Source: Octopus sinensis
Taxonomy: Eukaryota
Assembly: GCF_006345805.1 (NCBI RefSeq)
Contig: NC_043010.1
Coordinates: 42,718,001-42,782,000, forward strand
DNA: 64,000 nucleotides
Direction: 5' to 3'
In this document: one piece after another, positions 12,189-25,076 of the stretch
How the letters are laid out: each line of letters starts with the position of its first letter
Numbering within the stretch: the first letter of the stretch is position 1
The notes under the pieces: model-generated
The model's input: the letters and a program-made list of their open reading frames with translations, nothing else
Told to the model about the DNA's origin: nothing
Databases searched by the model: none
Made by a program: the position numbers and the translations under genes

Positions 12189-13561
12189 TGTGTACAGTGC
12201 TCAGGTGCACTACAACTCATCTAAAGTGTATATATAATCAGGTGTAGTTTCGGCGGATTTCGGAAAGCATGAGGGCCTTAAAGGATGCAGTGTCATGGCA
12301 GTCAACAACTGACGCAGGCAGTTTATTCCATGCTTCAGCAACTCTGAGCGTGAAAAAATGTTTCCGAAAGTCATGGGAGCTGTGTTGTTTTTGACTTTGT
12401 AGGCATGTCCACGTGTGTTAGACACATGGAGATCAAAAAGGTGTTCAGTGTTGTTGTTGGTGAGGTGGTTGATAACCTTGTGGGTGTTTACCAAGTCCAT
12501 CGCCAGACGCCGGAGCTTCAGTGAATCCATGCCCAGGGAAACAAGGCGCTCAGAATATGGTAGGTGTCTGATGGAGGGTATGCGTTTGGTTGCACGTCTC
12601 TGGACAGATTCCAGGAGGTCAATGTTCTGAGCAAGATAGGGGTTCCAAACTGATGATGCGAATTCCAAGTGTGGTCGTACCATAGCTGTATACAGTTTTA
12701 AATAGATGGCTGGAGAGCGGCTAACAAAAGTCTTGCTGAGTGATGCCAAGACACCCTCGGCCTTCTTGACAATTTTGTGTGAAAGAGAGAGATAACTGAA
12801 ATTTTTTACTCGGTGTATGTGTATATGTATGTATGCATGTATGTGTGTGTGTGTATGTATCTATGTATGTGTGTATGTATGTGTGTATGTATCTATGTAT
12901 GTGTGTGTGTATGTATGTATGTATGGCCGATTCAGTGTAATTTTTTACTCGGTGTATGTGTATATGTATGTCTACATGTATGTGTGTATGAGTATGTATC
13001 TATGTATGTGTGTGTGTGTAAGTATGTGTGTGTGTATGTGTGTATGTATGGCCGATTCAGTGTACATTGAATCGGCCATACATACATACACACACACACA
13101 CATACACCGAGTAAATAATTACACTGAATCGGCCATACATACATACATACACACACACATACATAGATACATACACACATACATACACACACACATACAT
13201 AGATACATACACACACACACATACATGCATACATACATATACACATACACTGAGTAAAAAATTTCAGTTATCTCTCTCTTTCACACATTACTCTCTCTGT
13301 CTCTTCACACACACTAACAGAAGCACTTCACTTAGACAACATACTGTCTGTCTCCCACACCCCATCAAACACACACACACACACACATGTACATCAATGC
13401 TTCGGTTACTTCAAAAGAAATTCCCTCGTCATAAAATCGCTTCCTCTTAGTTTCTTTCGCTCTCATTACTTCAAATGTTCCCGCAAGCCCATATGTAAAA
13501 AAATAAAAGTTTTTTACGGAAATCATCGACGGAAACGTGCTACTACAAACGAAAGATCGCC
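11863..13561. repeat. Zero-spacer fold-back element with a LINE inserted in the left arm
   Basis: 11863-12155 plus 12777-13063 is the reverse complement of 13064-13561; centre TGT|ACA; 25-bp direct repeats at 11837-11861 and 13561-13585. Confidence 0.9.
12156..12776 (-). mobile_element. CR1-group LINE, 5'-truncated 3' end with (ATT)n tail
   Basis: LYTAMVRPHLEFASSVWNP..ESVQRRATK..YSERL..RRLAMDL; one frameshift near 12400, then RKHFFTLRVAEAWNKLP. Confidence 0.9.
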
Positions 13562-14389
13562 TAACCCTTTCTCCTATAAATTTCCATTTAAATGTTTTGC
13601 TTTCCTGTTAGCCATCCCAGTTCCTTAGACAATGACATTTACGACACATTTCAGCCGTTATATAGATTGTCACGCAACCCTAAGCCAGCCTTGACCCAAT
13701 AGAATTAGGTTGAAAGATGTCCCAGACGTGACCTGCCTATCTTTTCTTCTGACAGTTGATCCAAAGCTAACAGCATCGAATATATATCCATCTGTGTAGG
13801 CGTTATATTTATGGTAGTTATAAGTGTCTAATTGTTTTATTTTTAGAAGAAACAACTAATTTGTAGCAATATGCATCCTCTAGACTAATCCAAATAACAA
13901 CCTGGTTTCAATTCTCAGTAGAAATTCCCTTCAATTCGTTTAATCGCAAATACCTTCAGGAGAAAAGTGTGAACGTCTCAAGTTTCTTTTCTCCATCCCT
14001 AAAATTGAAGGTTTCGTTTCATGACCACTTCAGAATATTAAAAAAATCTTATTGATAAATTTATTCGGTGTATATATTTCTTTCCAGTATCTTTGCAATC
14101 ATTTACTTCAATTGATAGAAGGGAATGCAATATACATCTTCACCGTCGGAAATGATATGCTCAGTCCGTCTATATATAGTGACAAAGTTTACAGTAGTAG
14201 AGGCCGATAGCAAATATAACAGTTGTCTGCAAGAAAACCTTATAGCATGTTGTTACAGTCAGAATCGCCTCATAGTTTCCCCTATTTTAGCTAAATCAAA
14301 ACTAAATAACTTCATTAAAATTTACAACTCTAAAAATTTCCTAAATTATATTCCGTTAAAGTTCAGAAGTAAGAATTGTTAATTAAATC

Positions 14390-14654
14390 GCCCGAGGCGC
14401 TTGTATTTGTTGTATTATCTGCCCCTGTGTTTATACCAACACTCAACTGATTACCAGCTTCGGACACTGTTTATCTTCAGCCTGTGCTCCCTATTATAGC
14501 CACGATCGCTCCTCGCATTTTTACCTCATTCATAATCTATGCAAAAGTTTTTTTGTATATTATCTATCTACTGCCACAGAATCACATCGTATAATGTAAA
14601 TTATAGAATGTTGCAAGGACGATTAAAAAAAAAGGGGGACTGCGAAAGGTAAGC
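14390..14654 (+). promoter_or_regulatory. Candidate non-coding first exon and splice donor of the + strand ZNF gene
   Basis: Unique, locally CpG-enriched sequence ending in AG|GTAAGC (intron from 14649); link to the CDS is inferred. Confidence 0.35.
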
Positions 14655-15814
14655 AAAATGTTTCAGATTGTGAAATGGGGTATCCCTTGTTTCCTCGACA
14701 TCATATCTTTTATACTAGCTATAAAGCTTCAGTTTCCTTTTGTATTGTGGAAAAATCAATCTTTTTTTTTTTCCTCCATACTTTCTCCGTTTCTTTTTGT
14801 TTATTATTTCGATACATTAAATATTCTAAAAAAAAAGAATATTTTAATTATTTAAAATTTTTATTGCGATTCCTTATTTCTCCTCATTATTCCCACATTT
14901 TCCTTTCTTTTATATGCACGTCAACCAGCTTCCACCCCAGCAAGTCATTTTAGCGACAATCTACTACAAGAAACTTATCTACCTAAGGAGACTCACGTCA
15001 TCTTTCTGTCCATTACTTTCTCCCATCAATCTGTCCTCCACTCGCCATTCGTTTACTCTTCATTCTTTCTTATCGCTGCCAGCCTGACTGGCTTCATTTA
15101 CCAGTCTAGGCCTCCTGCAGAGCTAGAGGAGACCAGAACCATCTATGTGGACATTGTTCTTGCTTCTCGCGCTTTTCTTCCACATGTCTATTGTTTAAAC
15201 TCGAAGGTAATACTACCTTCATCCAAGTCATTTTTATATATGTACCTGGACATTCCAACCCTTTATGACACTCTTTATTATTTACGTGCTCTCCTCTCAC
15301 TCATATACATGCAATCGTACGTATGTACGTATATAATTCTACATTGATGTAGCGATGTAGTGGTCATCCTGTTTTACAAAATGGAAAATGGGAAAATGGT
15401 CTGGCCGAAATAACCGCCTCCACCCTCATATCGTTTCCACATTAGCTAGTTGCATTACACTATTCCAGCATCCTATGATCATAATTTAGTTAAGTTCCAA
15501 CTTTGTCATTTTATTTGGGAATTTCATCATTCTCAAATGTTTTACACTGATTCCACATAATATTAAGGCACGTATATATATATATATAGGACATTTTTAC
15601 CCTTCACCAACACTTACACGTGCGTGAATACACATGCACATATGTGATGTGTGTGTATTCATGTATGCATATATAAATATGTATGTATAGATTTATATTT
15701 GTATGTACATACATTCACACACACACACATGAATATATACACGTATTTAGTGTATGTATTTATATATGTGTATATGTATGCATGTGTGTGTGTGTATTTA
15801 TATATATATATATA

Positions 15815-15945
15815 GGGAGAGAGGGATCCAGAAAGACAAGAGATGAAGTAGTGAAGGCTGATCTGAAGATGCTTAACCTCACAGAGGAAATGACAAAGGT
15901 GATTGGCGATTTTCAGTGCTCAAGAAGACCCCTCTATTGCAGCAA
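15815..15945 (+). mobile_element. RTE ORF 3'-end fragment
   Basis: GREGSRKTRDEVVKADLKMLNLTEEMT. Confidence 0.7.
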
Positions 15946-15974
15946 AAATGAGGACATGAAAGCATTTTGTTTGC

Positions 15975-16660
15975 TTGTACGGGCTAGACCCTACCCCTAC
16001 ACCCATTCTGACCTATCAAGCGTTACCCATACCTTATCTCTACCACAGCTCTATCTGTGGTACTACTCGGTTGCTGTAATCACTTGAGAGCATATACTGC
16101 ATCCCTCCCCATGATTTTTTTACACTACCAGTTACCATTTTCTGAAACCACTTCCATCCCTTCCCACACTATTTTCACAGATCACTTTTCTGTGCCTACA
16201 ATTATCACTTCCTCTCCTCATCCTTAACCCTCTCATATCTGCTATCATTCCCAACACCCTCTTATTTCCACCATCAAACCCCACTGCTGGCCTTATGTAC
16301 CTTTACATCATCCCCATACTTTCTGATCTATCCATTTTCTTGAGCTATCTCTCTCACCTTACCTGCAGCTCCATCCTTGTTTATCACTTACTACATTCAC
16401 TTCTACCTGCTCTCTTCCCCCAATTTTGATTCACTGTCTATGTCCTCTCTCATGTTCAGCTTCTTGTACCTCGAGAGTTCGCTCTGGTACCACATCATTA
16501 CCATCTTTATCTTCCCTGCTACTCCCATCCGCCCTTATATAATGCAGGGTAGCCATGTTTTTCCACTGTAGCAAGTCACTTGTGCTTGTCCCTTTTTCAT
16601 ACTCTTGACACCTGGCTAAACTTCACCTCCTCCTCTCAAATGCACCCTTGCCACTTAGTC
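15975..16660 (+). repeat. Unclassified pyrimidine-rich interspersed repeat; inverted copy at ~55865-56320
   Basis: Shared ..GTACCT(C/T)GAGAGT..CACATCAT(T/C)ACCA..ACTCCCATCC(G/A)CCCTTATATAATG. Confidence 0.55.
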
Positions 16661-16944
16661 CAGAGTGCTTTATCTTTTTCTTTTGCTATTGTGCAAGTTA
16701 CTTAGTGACTCCCACTTGTGCTAGTGACATGAAAAAAAAGCACCCAGTATAGATTGTAAAGCAGTTAGTATTAAGAAGGGCATCTAGTTGTAGGAACCAT
16801 GCCAAAACAGACACTAGAAAGCAGATTGTAAATGATTATGATGATGATTTTATATATAAATAAATAAATATATATTTATATGCACACACATATACATACA
16901 GGTGACAGTTCTAAGCTGTGATGTGTATAATTACAGACTTGTCA

Positions 16945-17845
16945 CCAGTTCAAATATGCCTCAAGCATATTTGATCCGTTAAGAAAGTCATTCACTGTAT
17001 TTTGTCATAGAGAAAATTTCTCTCTATAGACAAATGGGTGTAAATACACCGAGTCAGCTCACAGCACCATCTCCTCTTCAGCTACAGAGACTGGAAAGAG
17101 AGGCTCTGCAAACTGATACAAGAGACTGGTCTCTCTTATGATATTCCCATCATCAGTCAATGTCTGGTTGCATTATGCAGTGGCTCGCCCTAAATTAAAT
17201 ATGGGGTGACAAGCCATTGAATAGTGCAACCAGTCATTGAACAATGACAGGAATATCATAAGAGGACTCAATCTCTCATGTCATCTTACAGAATCTCCCT
17301 TTCCAGTCTCTATGGCAGAAGAGGAGATAAACACTCTGAAATGCATGCATCCCACAGTCTGGTTAAGTGGTACTGTGAGCTAACTCAGTGTATTTACTCC
17401 CATTTGTGTACAGCAGGGGTTCTCAATCATTTTTATCTATGGACCCTTTTCATTAAAATTTTATTCTTGTGGGACCCCATAGCCATTCAATGTTTAAAAC
17501 CTAGTTTTATAGAAATTTCTTTCAAAATTCCTATCTTATTTTCCCCACATTAAACTAGTGTAGGTTGTACTATATAAAATGTTAGAGAAAGAAACCTAGC
17601 AGTTTCTTCCAATAAATACATCTAAAGCAAAATTTTTTTCAGGGGCCCTTAAATTACTATTGTGAATCCTTAATTTACTATTTTGCTGTGTGGACCCCCA
17701 AAAATCGTATATGGACTCTCGGGGGCCAAATTGACCCTGGTTGAGAACCACTGGTCTACAGCAAAAAATTTTCTCTGTAGCAAAATACAGTAAATGTCTT
17801 TCTTATGGGTCTGAATATAATATGCCTTAAGTTTATTTGAACTGG
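16945..17845. repeat. Diverged fold-back element interrupted by a hAT MITE
   Basis: 16945-17190 pairs with 17203-17413 plus 17762-17845; loop 17191-17202. Confidence 0.85.
17414..17753. mobile_element. hAT-type MITE
   Basis: TIRs CAGGGGTTCTCAA..TTGAGAACCACTG; 8-bp TSD GTGTACAG/GTCTACAG. Confidence 0.85.
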
Positions 17846-17849
17846 CAAC

Positions 17850-18395
<546 letters not shown>

Positions 18396-19137
18396 TCAGC
18401 CGAAATTGCGAGGATGATCCGGTTCTTGACTGAAGATTGAAGGCTTCGAATGTCCCGTCCGTGTTTTTTGTATCGTCTTCTAAATGTTTTGCGTTCTTGT
18501 CCCAGTTTGTATTTTTTTACATATACAGAAATATATATATATATATCAGTCTGACAATGGCTTAGCTGGCCAAAACTTTGAAGTCATTGCCAACAATATT
18601 CTTATATAAGAATAAATTTGTACTCCACCAAAGTACAGAGTAACTTATCAGATTAATGTAAAATTGTATAAATATCTGTGTGTATGTGTGTGTGCCTCCT
18701 TGTCTTGACACTGTGCAATAGTTGTAAATGAATGTCACAATACATGTGAGAATATTAATGTATTTAGGAAAGAGCGACAGTTTGTGACAGGAGAGACATC
18801 CAGCTGTGGAAAGTCTGTCTCAATGAATTCCAGCTGACCCATGCAAGAATTGAAAAATGGATGTTTAAAATGATGTGTGTGCGTATCATCATCATCATCA
18901 TCGTTTGATGTCATATATAGATAGATACACACACACACACATTGTGTTCTTGAGCAAAACACACTATTTCATGTTGCTCTGCAATTATTTCATCATCTAA
19001 TATGTGGCACGTCATGCACCTGTATAGATAATGTTGATTTGATGGAGGGAGTGAGCTTATGTGAGTACAAACATTTGATCACTGTAAACAAATCAACTAT
19101 ATGGTTAAGTTAAGTTAATTTGGCTCAAAGCAAGGCC

Positions 19138-19395
19138 ATGTAGGGGGACATTGAGTTATGTACAGGGTGGTGTTCATGCAAAGAGTTCAGGCCATTTCTG
19201 GTCAAGAGAGACCTTGAACCGAGCGGTCGTCGGCATCTTCACTATCTTGTCTGGCAGCTTATTCCACGGGTCCGCAACCCGGACGGAGAAAGCCCCTCTC
19301 CGATTGAGATGAAATCGTCGCAGATAGAGCTTTTCGGAGTGACCCCGCAGCCGACACTCTGGAGCAGGAGTGAAGAACAGCTCTTTCGAGAGGTT
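19138..19395 (-). mobile_element. CR1-group LINE 3' fragment (second family)
   Basis: RLRGHSEKLYLRRFHLNRRGAFSVRVADPWNKLP..RFKVSLD. Confidence 0.8.
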
Positions 19396-20027
19396 ACACT
19401 TTCCGCTTATGATGTTGTGAGCAAGAATGAGATCAACAAGAAATTGCAGAACTCACGTTGTCTAACGATGAGAGAGTTCATGATGATAATTATCATTTTT
19501 TACTTGTTTTCATTGGACTGTAGGTCTGCTGAGGCACCTTCTTGAAACATTTAGTCAAACTTATCAGCCTAGTGCTTATTCTATCAGTCACTCTTGGCAA
19601 ACCACTAGGTTATGGGACATTAACAAATTAGCACCAGTTGTCCAGCAATGGTGGGGGATGTGTGTGTGTGTGTGTGTGTGTGTAATCACCATCATCCTTA
19701 TTTAACATCTGTCTAACTCATGCAGGCATGGGTTAAACAGTTCAACAGAAAAGGATGAGCCAGAGGACTGCGTTGAGCTCCAGTGCCTTCTTAGGCATGT
19801 TTTCCACTGGTGAATGTCTTTCCTAATGCCAACCACAGAGTGTACCAGGTACATTTTTCATGGTACCAGCACTTGTGAGATCGTCAAGTAACTCAGAAAA
19901 CAAGACCCCTTGGTCAAATGGAGGAGGTTGCAGTATTGTGGGAAGTGGCTTCGTGCCAAGTGCAGAGAGTCTAAACTATAATAGAGTAACAGGAGCTGGT
20001 ATCTTGCTGTAGAGAAAATACATGGCT

Positions 20028-20310
20028 ATCATCATCATCATCATCATCATTTAACGTCCGCTTTCCATGCTGGCATGGGTTGGACGGTTCAACTGGGGTC
20101 TGGGAAGCCAGAAGGCTGCACCAGGCCCAGTCTGATCTGGCAATGTTTCTACAGCTGGATGTCCTTCCTAACGCCAACCACTCAGTGAGTGTAGTGGGTG
20201 CTTTTTACGTGCCAGACGAAGCTGGCAAACGGCCACGATTGGATGGTGCTTTTTACGTGCCACCGGCACAGGGACCAGACAAGGCTGGTAACGGCCACGG
20301 TCGGATGGTG
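20028..20310 (-). mobile_element. RTE 3' UTR copy (family A), young
   Basis: Near-identical to 4993-5311 over the first ~180 bp. Confidence 0.85.
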
Positions 20311-20871
20311 CCCCAGGGGGAAATGGAGAAAGGATAGTAGCAATGGAGGTATCAGGGCATACCCCCAAGGTACAAAAAAGTGGATAAAAAGATAACAGGA
20401 GTGTTGAAGAGGGCTGTGTGGACAGGCTTTTGAAAGTGAAGGAGAGTGACAGACAGAGATGTGAATGCAGTGGATGATGAACATGATCTATGTTTGCATG
20501 CACAGCTTAGCCCTTTTGGTACCAGCCACCCAAGATTACACCAGATTCTATGATACAAACATACTGTTTTAAGGTCATCTAAATTAAAAGGTTCCTCTAA
20601 AGTTTCTGTTAATTTATGCTCAAACACCAGCTTAATAATGACAAGATTATTTTACTAAATTGTTCATTACTTTCAAAATTAACTTAAACAAAGGCAGTGA
20701 ATTTTAGCAGAAATATCGTAGCAAGGACCTACACGTATACATTTATGAATTTAATAATTGACAATTTGAGAGCCTTTAGATATATGCATGTGAGCAAATA
20801 TTTGGATGTACAAAAAATATGTGCACACACAATCACGCACACACACCTATTTATAATAATTTTATATATAT

Positions 20872-21170
20872 ACTAGCAGTATCACCTGGTGTTGCTTGGG
20901 TTTGTTTTAACCCTTTAGAATTGGAATTTTTGAAAAGTAAAAATTTTGCATTATGCAACTTGTTACTCTCTTCAAGTGAACATTTTTCCAGTTGAAATAC
21001 ACCGAAAAATGGTGACACAGCAGTCAAAAATCGTAAAAAATAGGGATTTTCATAGAAAAAAAAGCACCTTTTTGATGTAAATAATTTTTGGTGTTAACAT
21101 GGTCCGATTTGAATTTTATCCAAAAGTTAAACACACAGACACACAAGTTGAGTTTTATATATAGAGAGAT
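20872..21170 (+). mobile_element. Helitron/Helentron-type non-autonomous element
   Basis: Starts ACTAGCAGTATCACCTGGTGTTGCTTGGG, ends CACACAA..TTTTATATATAGAGAGAT; ends shared with 46076-46472. Confidence 0.55.
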
Positions 21171-21559
21171 ATGTAAATTATTTACTTGTTTTTAAGTTAC
21201 AAAGCAAATTGCTGGGCTATTAGAGTTTTCTTATTGTTAAATAAAATTTCATCAAACGATTTCTCTGTCATTTATGACTTGATATATATATATATTTATT
21301 TATATATATAGACGTGTGTGTGTGCGTGCGTGCAAGTATATGCGTATAGACGTGTTTTATTGCTTATTTTTTCCACTTTTTTTTTTTACACATTTTTCTG
21401 TATTTTGCCTTTAGCCTGGTTTTTTCTTGTGCATGTGCATATATAGATGTGTGTATGAACCTTGTTTTTTGGTCATTGTATGTCTACTATGTAGGTTTAC
21501 ACATATCATTCCATTTTCTCTGCCCACTATTCCTGTGTCATAGGGGTTAGAGTTCTCAA

Positions 21560-22300
21560 ACATCTCCATAGAGTCCTATTAGAAAACCAATTTTACACTT
21601 TCCAGCTGGATTCTGAGTGTGTCCAACTGAAGCAATCTATCCCTAGGTCTTCTACCTGTTGACTTGGCTTGACGAATCCATCTTTCCTTTGACATTCTAA
21701 TCACATGCCCCTAGTACTAGAGCTGTGATCTCTCAGTTTAGGAGAGTAGCAGTTTTATCTGGAGAAACTTCTTGATCTCTGAGCACCTCACCCTACTGAC
21801 AAGTAATGTTCCTCCAGAGATCCTTTGAAGGACCCCCATTTTGACTGCTTGTATCCACAATTACACTCTTGATCATTACCTAATATTCATGATGATAGAG
21901 TGAGGATATGCACAGAAACCAAATTGAAGAGAGCAAGTTTAGCTTTTTTTATCAACCTTTTGCCTTCTGAGGAGCGGATGCTGGTACATTATTGTACCAG
22001 CACCTTCAATTCTAGCATCCATTTCATCCTCTGCTTCTTATCACTCATGAATATAGGCTTTCTACACCTAAACTTCTCCCCTTACCTAAATGATGCTCCA
22101 CTAATACGTAGAACATAATGAGAAAACTCTCTTGAGAGAACAAATGTCTTATCCCTGCTTTGCAGCACTTGGCAGCAAACCCATTCAATGCATGCTGGAA
22201 ATCACCTTCTAATGAGCCAAGAAGCACCATGTTGTCTTGCTGATCAATGCTACACCCACTGATTGTGATACCGCTTCCACAACAACTGCACATGTCAATC
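21560..22300 (-). mobile_element. RTE LINE RT fragment (Expander/REX3-like), heavily decayed
   Basis: DNMVLLGSLEGDFQHALNGFAAKC.., YHHEY*VM.., frameshifted C-terminus. Confidence 0.6.
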
Positions 22301-22335
22301 TAGTTCAAAAAATTATATGACTTAATCTTTCTCTG

Positions 22336-22397
<62 letters not shown>

Positions 22398-22419
22398 CAC
22401 ACACACACACACACAGTAA

Positions 22420-22560
22420 GTGATCCAGGTCTCTGAGCCATAAAGAAGGGTGGTGAGAACCACAGCCCTGTAGACACTGATCTTTGTTTTGTTCTTCAGG
22501 TTATTATTGTGCCAAACACGTTTGTACAATCTGCCAAAGGACCTATTTGCCTTAGAGAAT
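22420..22560 (-). mobile_element. RTE (BovB-like) RT fragment
   Basis: KRVWHNNNLKNKTKISVYRAVVLTTLLYGSETW. Confidence 0.75.
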
Positions 22561-23234
22561 CTATTTTCAATTTATATATTTTATACACACACACGCACAA
22601 CTTCAGAGCAAAACATCTTATTGCAGTTCACCTGCATTTAGCATCTCTGACTTTCACTCACTCCCACCCCATTTGTTGTTTTAGTTTCCTTCATTTCAAA
22701 TACAAAAGACAAGCAGAACAACTAAGTAGAGGTGTTGTGTTAGCAAGAAAGTGAAAACATTGTGAGAGAAATGCAAAAATTAAACAGAACTCCAGCTCAT
22801 GTCGAAGTATAAACCTTATAAATTGGAAGAAATTCAACAGCTTCAAATGCTGAAGTGTTACAGAAAATAAAGTATATATAGATACAGAGTATATTATATG
22901 CAGTGCTGGTAACATTTACTTAGAAATATTGGAAGTTGAGGCAAAATAAAATTAAGACTCTCCCCTGAATTAAAATTTTATGATCAACATTTTATAAGAG
23001 AAGTAAGAAAATATTAACTTGACAAAAAAAATGTTTTTCTGAACAAATTGTATGGGATAATATATGTGAAATTTTGTGTTTATGATTCCTATATTTTGAA
23101 TGCATATACATATTTTGTTTTTAAATAAAGAAAGGTTTAAGGCCTGTAAAAGTTCATCCTTCCCATCTTGTATGAAAAGTGGGGCACATCTCTCTATCCA
23201 TCTCAGGATGTAAATCCTTGCTACCCTTAAATTT

Positions 23235-23465
23235 TCTTCACCCTTTCATTACCAACCCAGCTGAAACTGGCTCTGGCTCTGAATACAAATGTCTTGATGG
23301 CATAAGTTTTGAATTAAAATTTTCCACCAAAACCTTAGTCACACTTTATGTTCCTAACACCAGCTGAATGATAACTAAGTTATTTTACTAAATTCTTTGT
23401 TATAATTAAAGTAATTGAAAGAAACACAGAGCATCTCAGAATAAATACAGTAACGAAAGGCTGAC
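23235..23465. mobile_element. piggyBac-type MITE (related copies ~20505-20720 and ~43222-43441)
   Basis: CCCTTTCATTACC..GTAACGAAAGG termini; the 43.4-kb copy ends AAAAGGGTTAA. Confidence 0.5.
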
Positions 23466-23899
23466 CAGATATAATCTATCTAAGAATTAACAGTTAATCT
23501 TCAGGTATGGTATATTTACATCCCGGCTGTAAATTGTTTCTCCCAGTGAGTAAATTTACCTGTATTTAAGAATTACTATCCCATAAAATTATTGTTATTT
23601 CTTGAGAAACTGGAGATTGTCTTGGTTTCACTATTAGACTAGTAATCTATCCTCTGTACATAGAATTTTTAATCATCAGTGATCAAAGTTTCTTCTGTGT
23701 ATGCAGACACACCAAAGCTAAGCTAATGAGTACAAATCCCTAACATCAGTGTTGGATTGATGAAGCATTTAAAATGGTATTATTTACTATTTTTTGTGAG
23801 ATATCTCTGAAATCATTTGTTAATATAGACAACATTACTGTAATATGTTTAAAACATACAGCTAATACAATTATTGAATGAAAAAAAAAAGCATTCAAG

Positions 23900-24150
23900 C
23901 GAGGTTGTTGCCAGTGCCACTGGACTGGCTCTTGTGCAGGTGGCACATAAAAAGCACCATTTGAGCGTGGCCATTGCCAGTACCACCTAACTGGCCCTCA
24001 TGTCGGTGGCACATAGAAGTACCCACTACACTCTCGCAGTGGTTGGCGTTAGGAAGAGCATCCAGCTGTAGAAACTCTGCTAGACCTCAGTCAAATCATC
24101 CAACACATGCTAGCATGGAAAGCGGATGTTAAACGATGATGTTGATGATG
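23900..24150 (+). mobile_element. RTE 3' UTR copy (family A)
   Basis: GGTGGCACATAAAAAGCACC..GGATGTTAAACGATGATG. Confidence 0.8.
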
Positions 24151-24838
24151 AAACAGATCTTTTCTTTATGTATAGAGAATTTTTCCTACAATTCTTCTAT
24201 TGCATGTAATATTTAAAGTATTTTACATTTTCATTTTTATTAACAATGGATTATATTAGATTTATGCCTTAATGTATATCTCCTGCCAATTTAATAACTT
24301 CAACCAGCTACCATTCTTCAGTTCTGCAATGGTATTGTCATCTGCAGTAAGAAACTCCCCTCCATTTTGGATTTTGTAAAGATTTCTGCCCTAGGACGGA
24401 AACAGAGAGCATAGAAAAACTCTTACATGTCTACATGATTTCATAATGTTTCATAGAACTAAGTTAACTTATTTGCAAAAGTAAACTCTTTAGCACAAAT
24501 TACACAAATTATCATACAGGTGGGTCCCAAAATGCTGTATGGTTAAGAAGTTCCCCATATCACAACTACACGGCTCTGGGTATGATCCCATTGTACACCA
24601 CTTTCATTAAGTGTCTCCTATAGCCTTGAGCTGACTTATAACTTGTGAGTGAAATTTGGTTGACAGACACTGTACCTATTGTGTATATGTGTGTGTGTGG
24701 CTGTGTTTATGTTATGTCCCGTAACTTGATCATTCAACAAATAGATATAAATATAATTAAAACCCCATCTGTAAGTAATTTATTAAAACCTTATCTATAT
24801 GATAGATTGAACTCTTGAAGGTGGTATTCTAGCATGGC

Positions 24839-25076
24839 AAGGCAGCGAGCTGGCAGAAACGTTAGCACGATGGGCGAAATGCGTAGCCATATTTCGTCTG
24901 CCGTTACGTTCAGAGTTCAAATTCTGCCAAGGTCGACTTTACCTTTCATTCTTTCGGGGTCGATAAATTAAGTGCCAGTTACGCACTGGGGTGGATAAAA
25001 TCGACTTAATCCGTTTGTCTGTCCTTGTTTGTCCCCTCTATGTTTAGCCCCTTGTGGGTAGTAAAGAAATGGGTAT
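24839..25076 (+). mobile_element. tRNA-derived SINE (family D)
   Basis: GGCAGCGAGCTGGCAGAAACGTTAGC..GAGTTCAAATTC; close inverted copy at 39608-39850. Confidence 0.8.

Noticed and set aside
12210-12749. 179-aa host gene
   Set aside because: It is a frameshifted, 5'-truncated CR1 RT C-terminus with an (ATT)n tail
12812-13250. CRISPR-like repeat-spacer array (GGCCGATTCAGTGTA units)
   Set aside because: Eukaryotic context; the 'spacers' are microsatellite and the units are inverted about a palindrome centre; no cas genes
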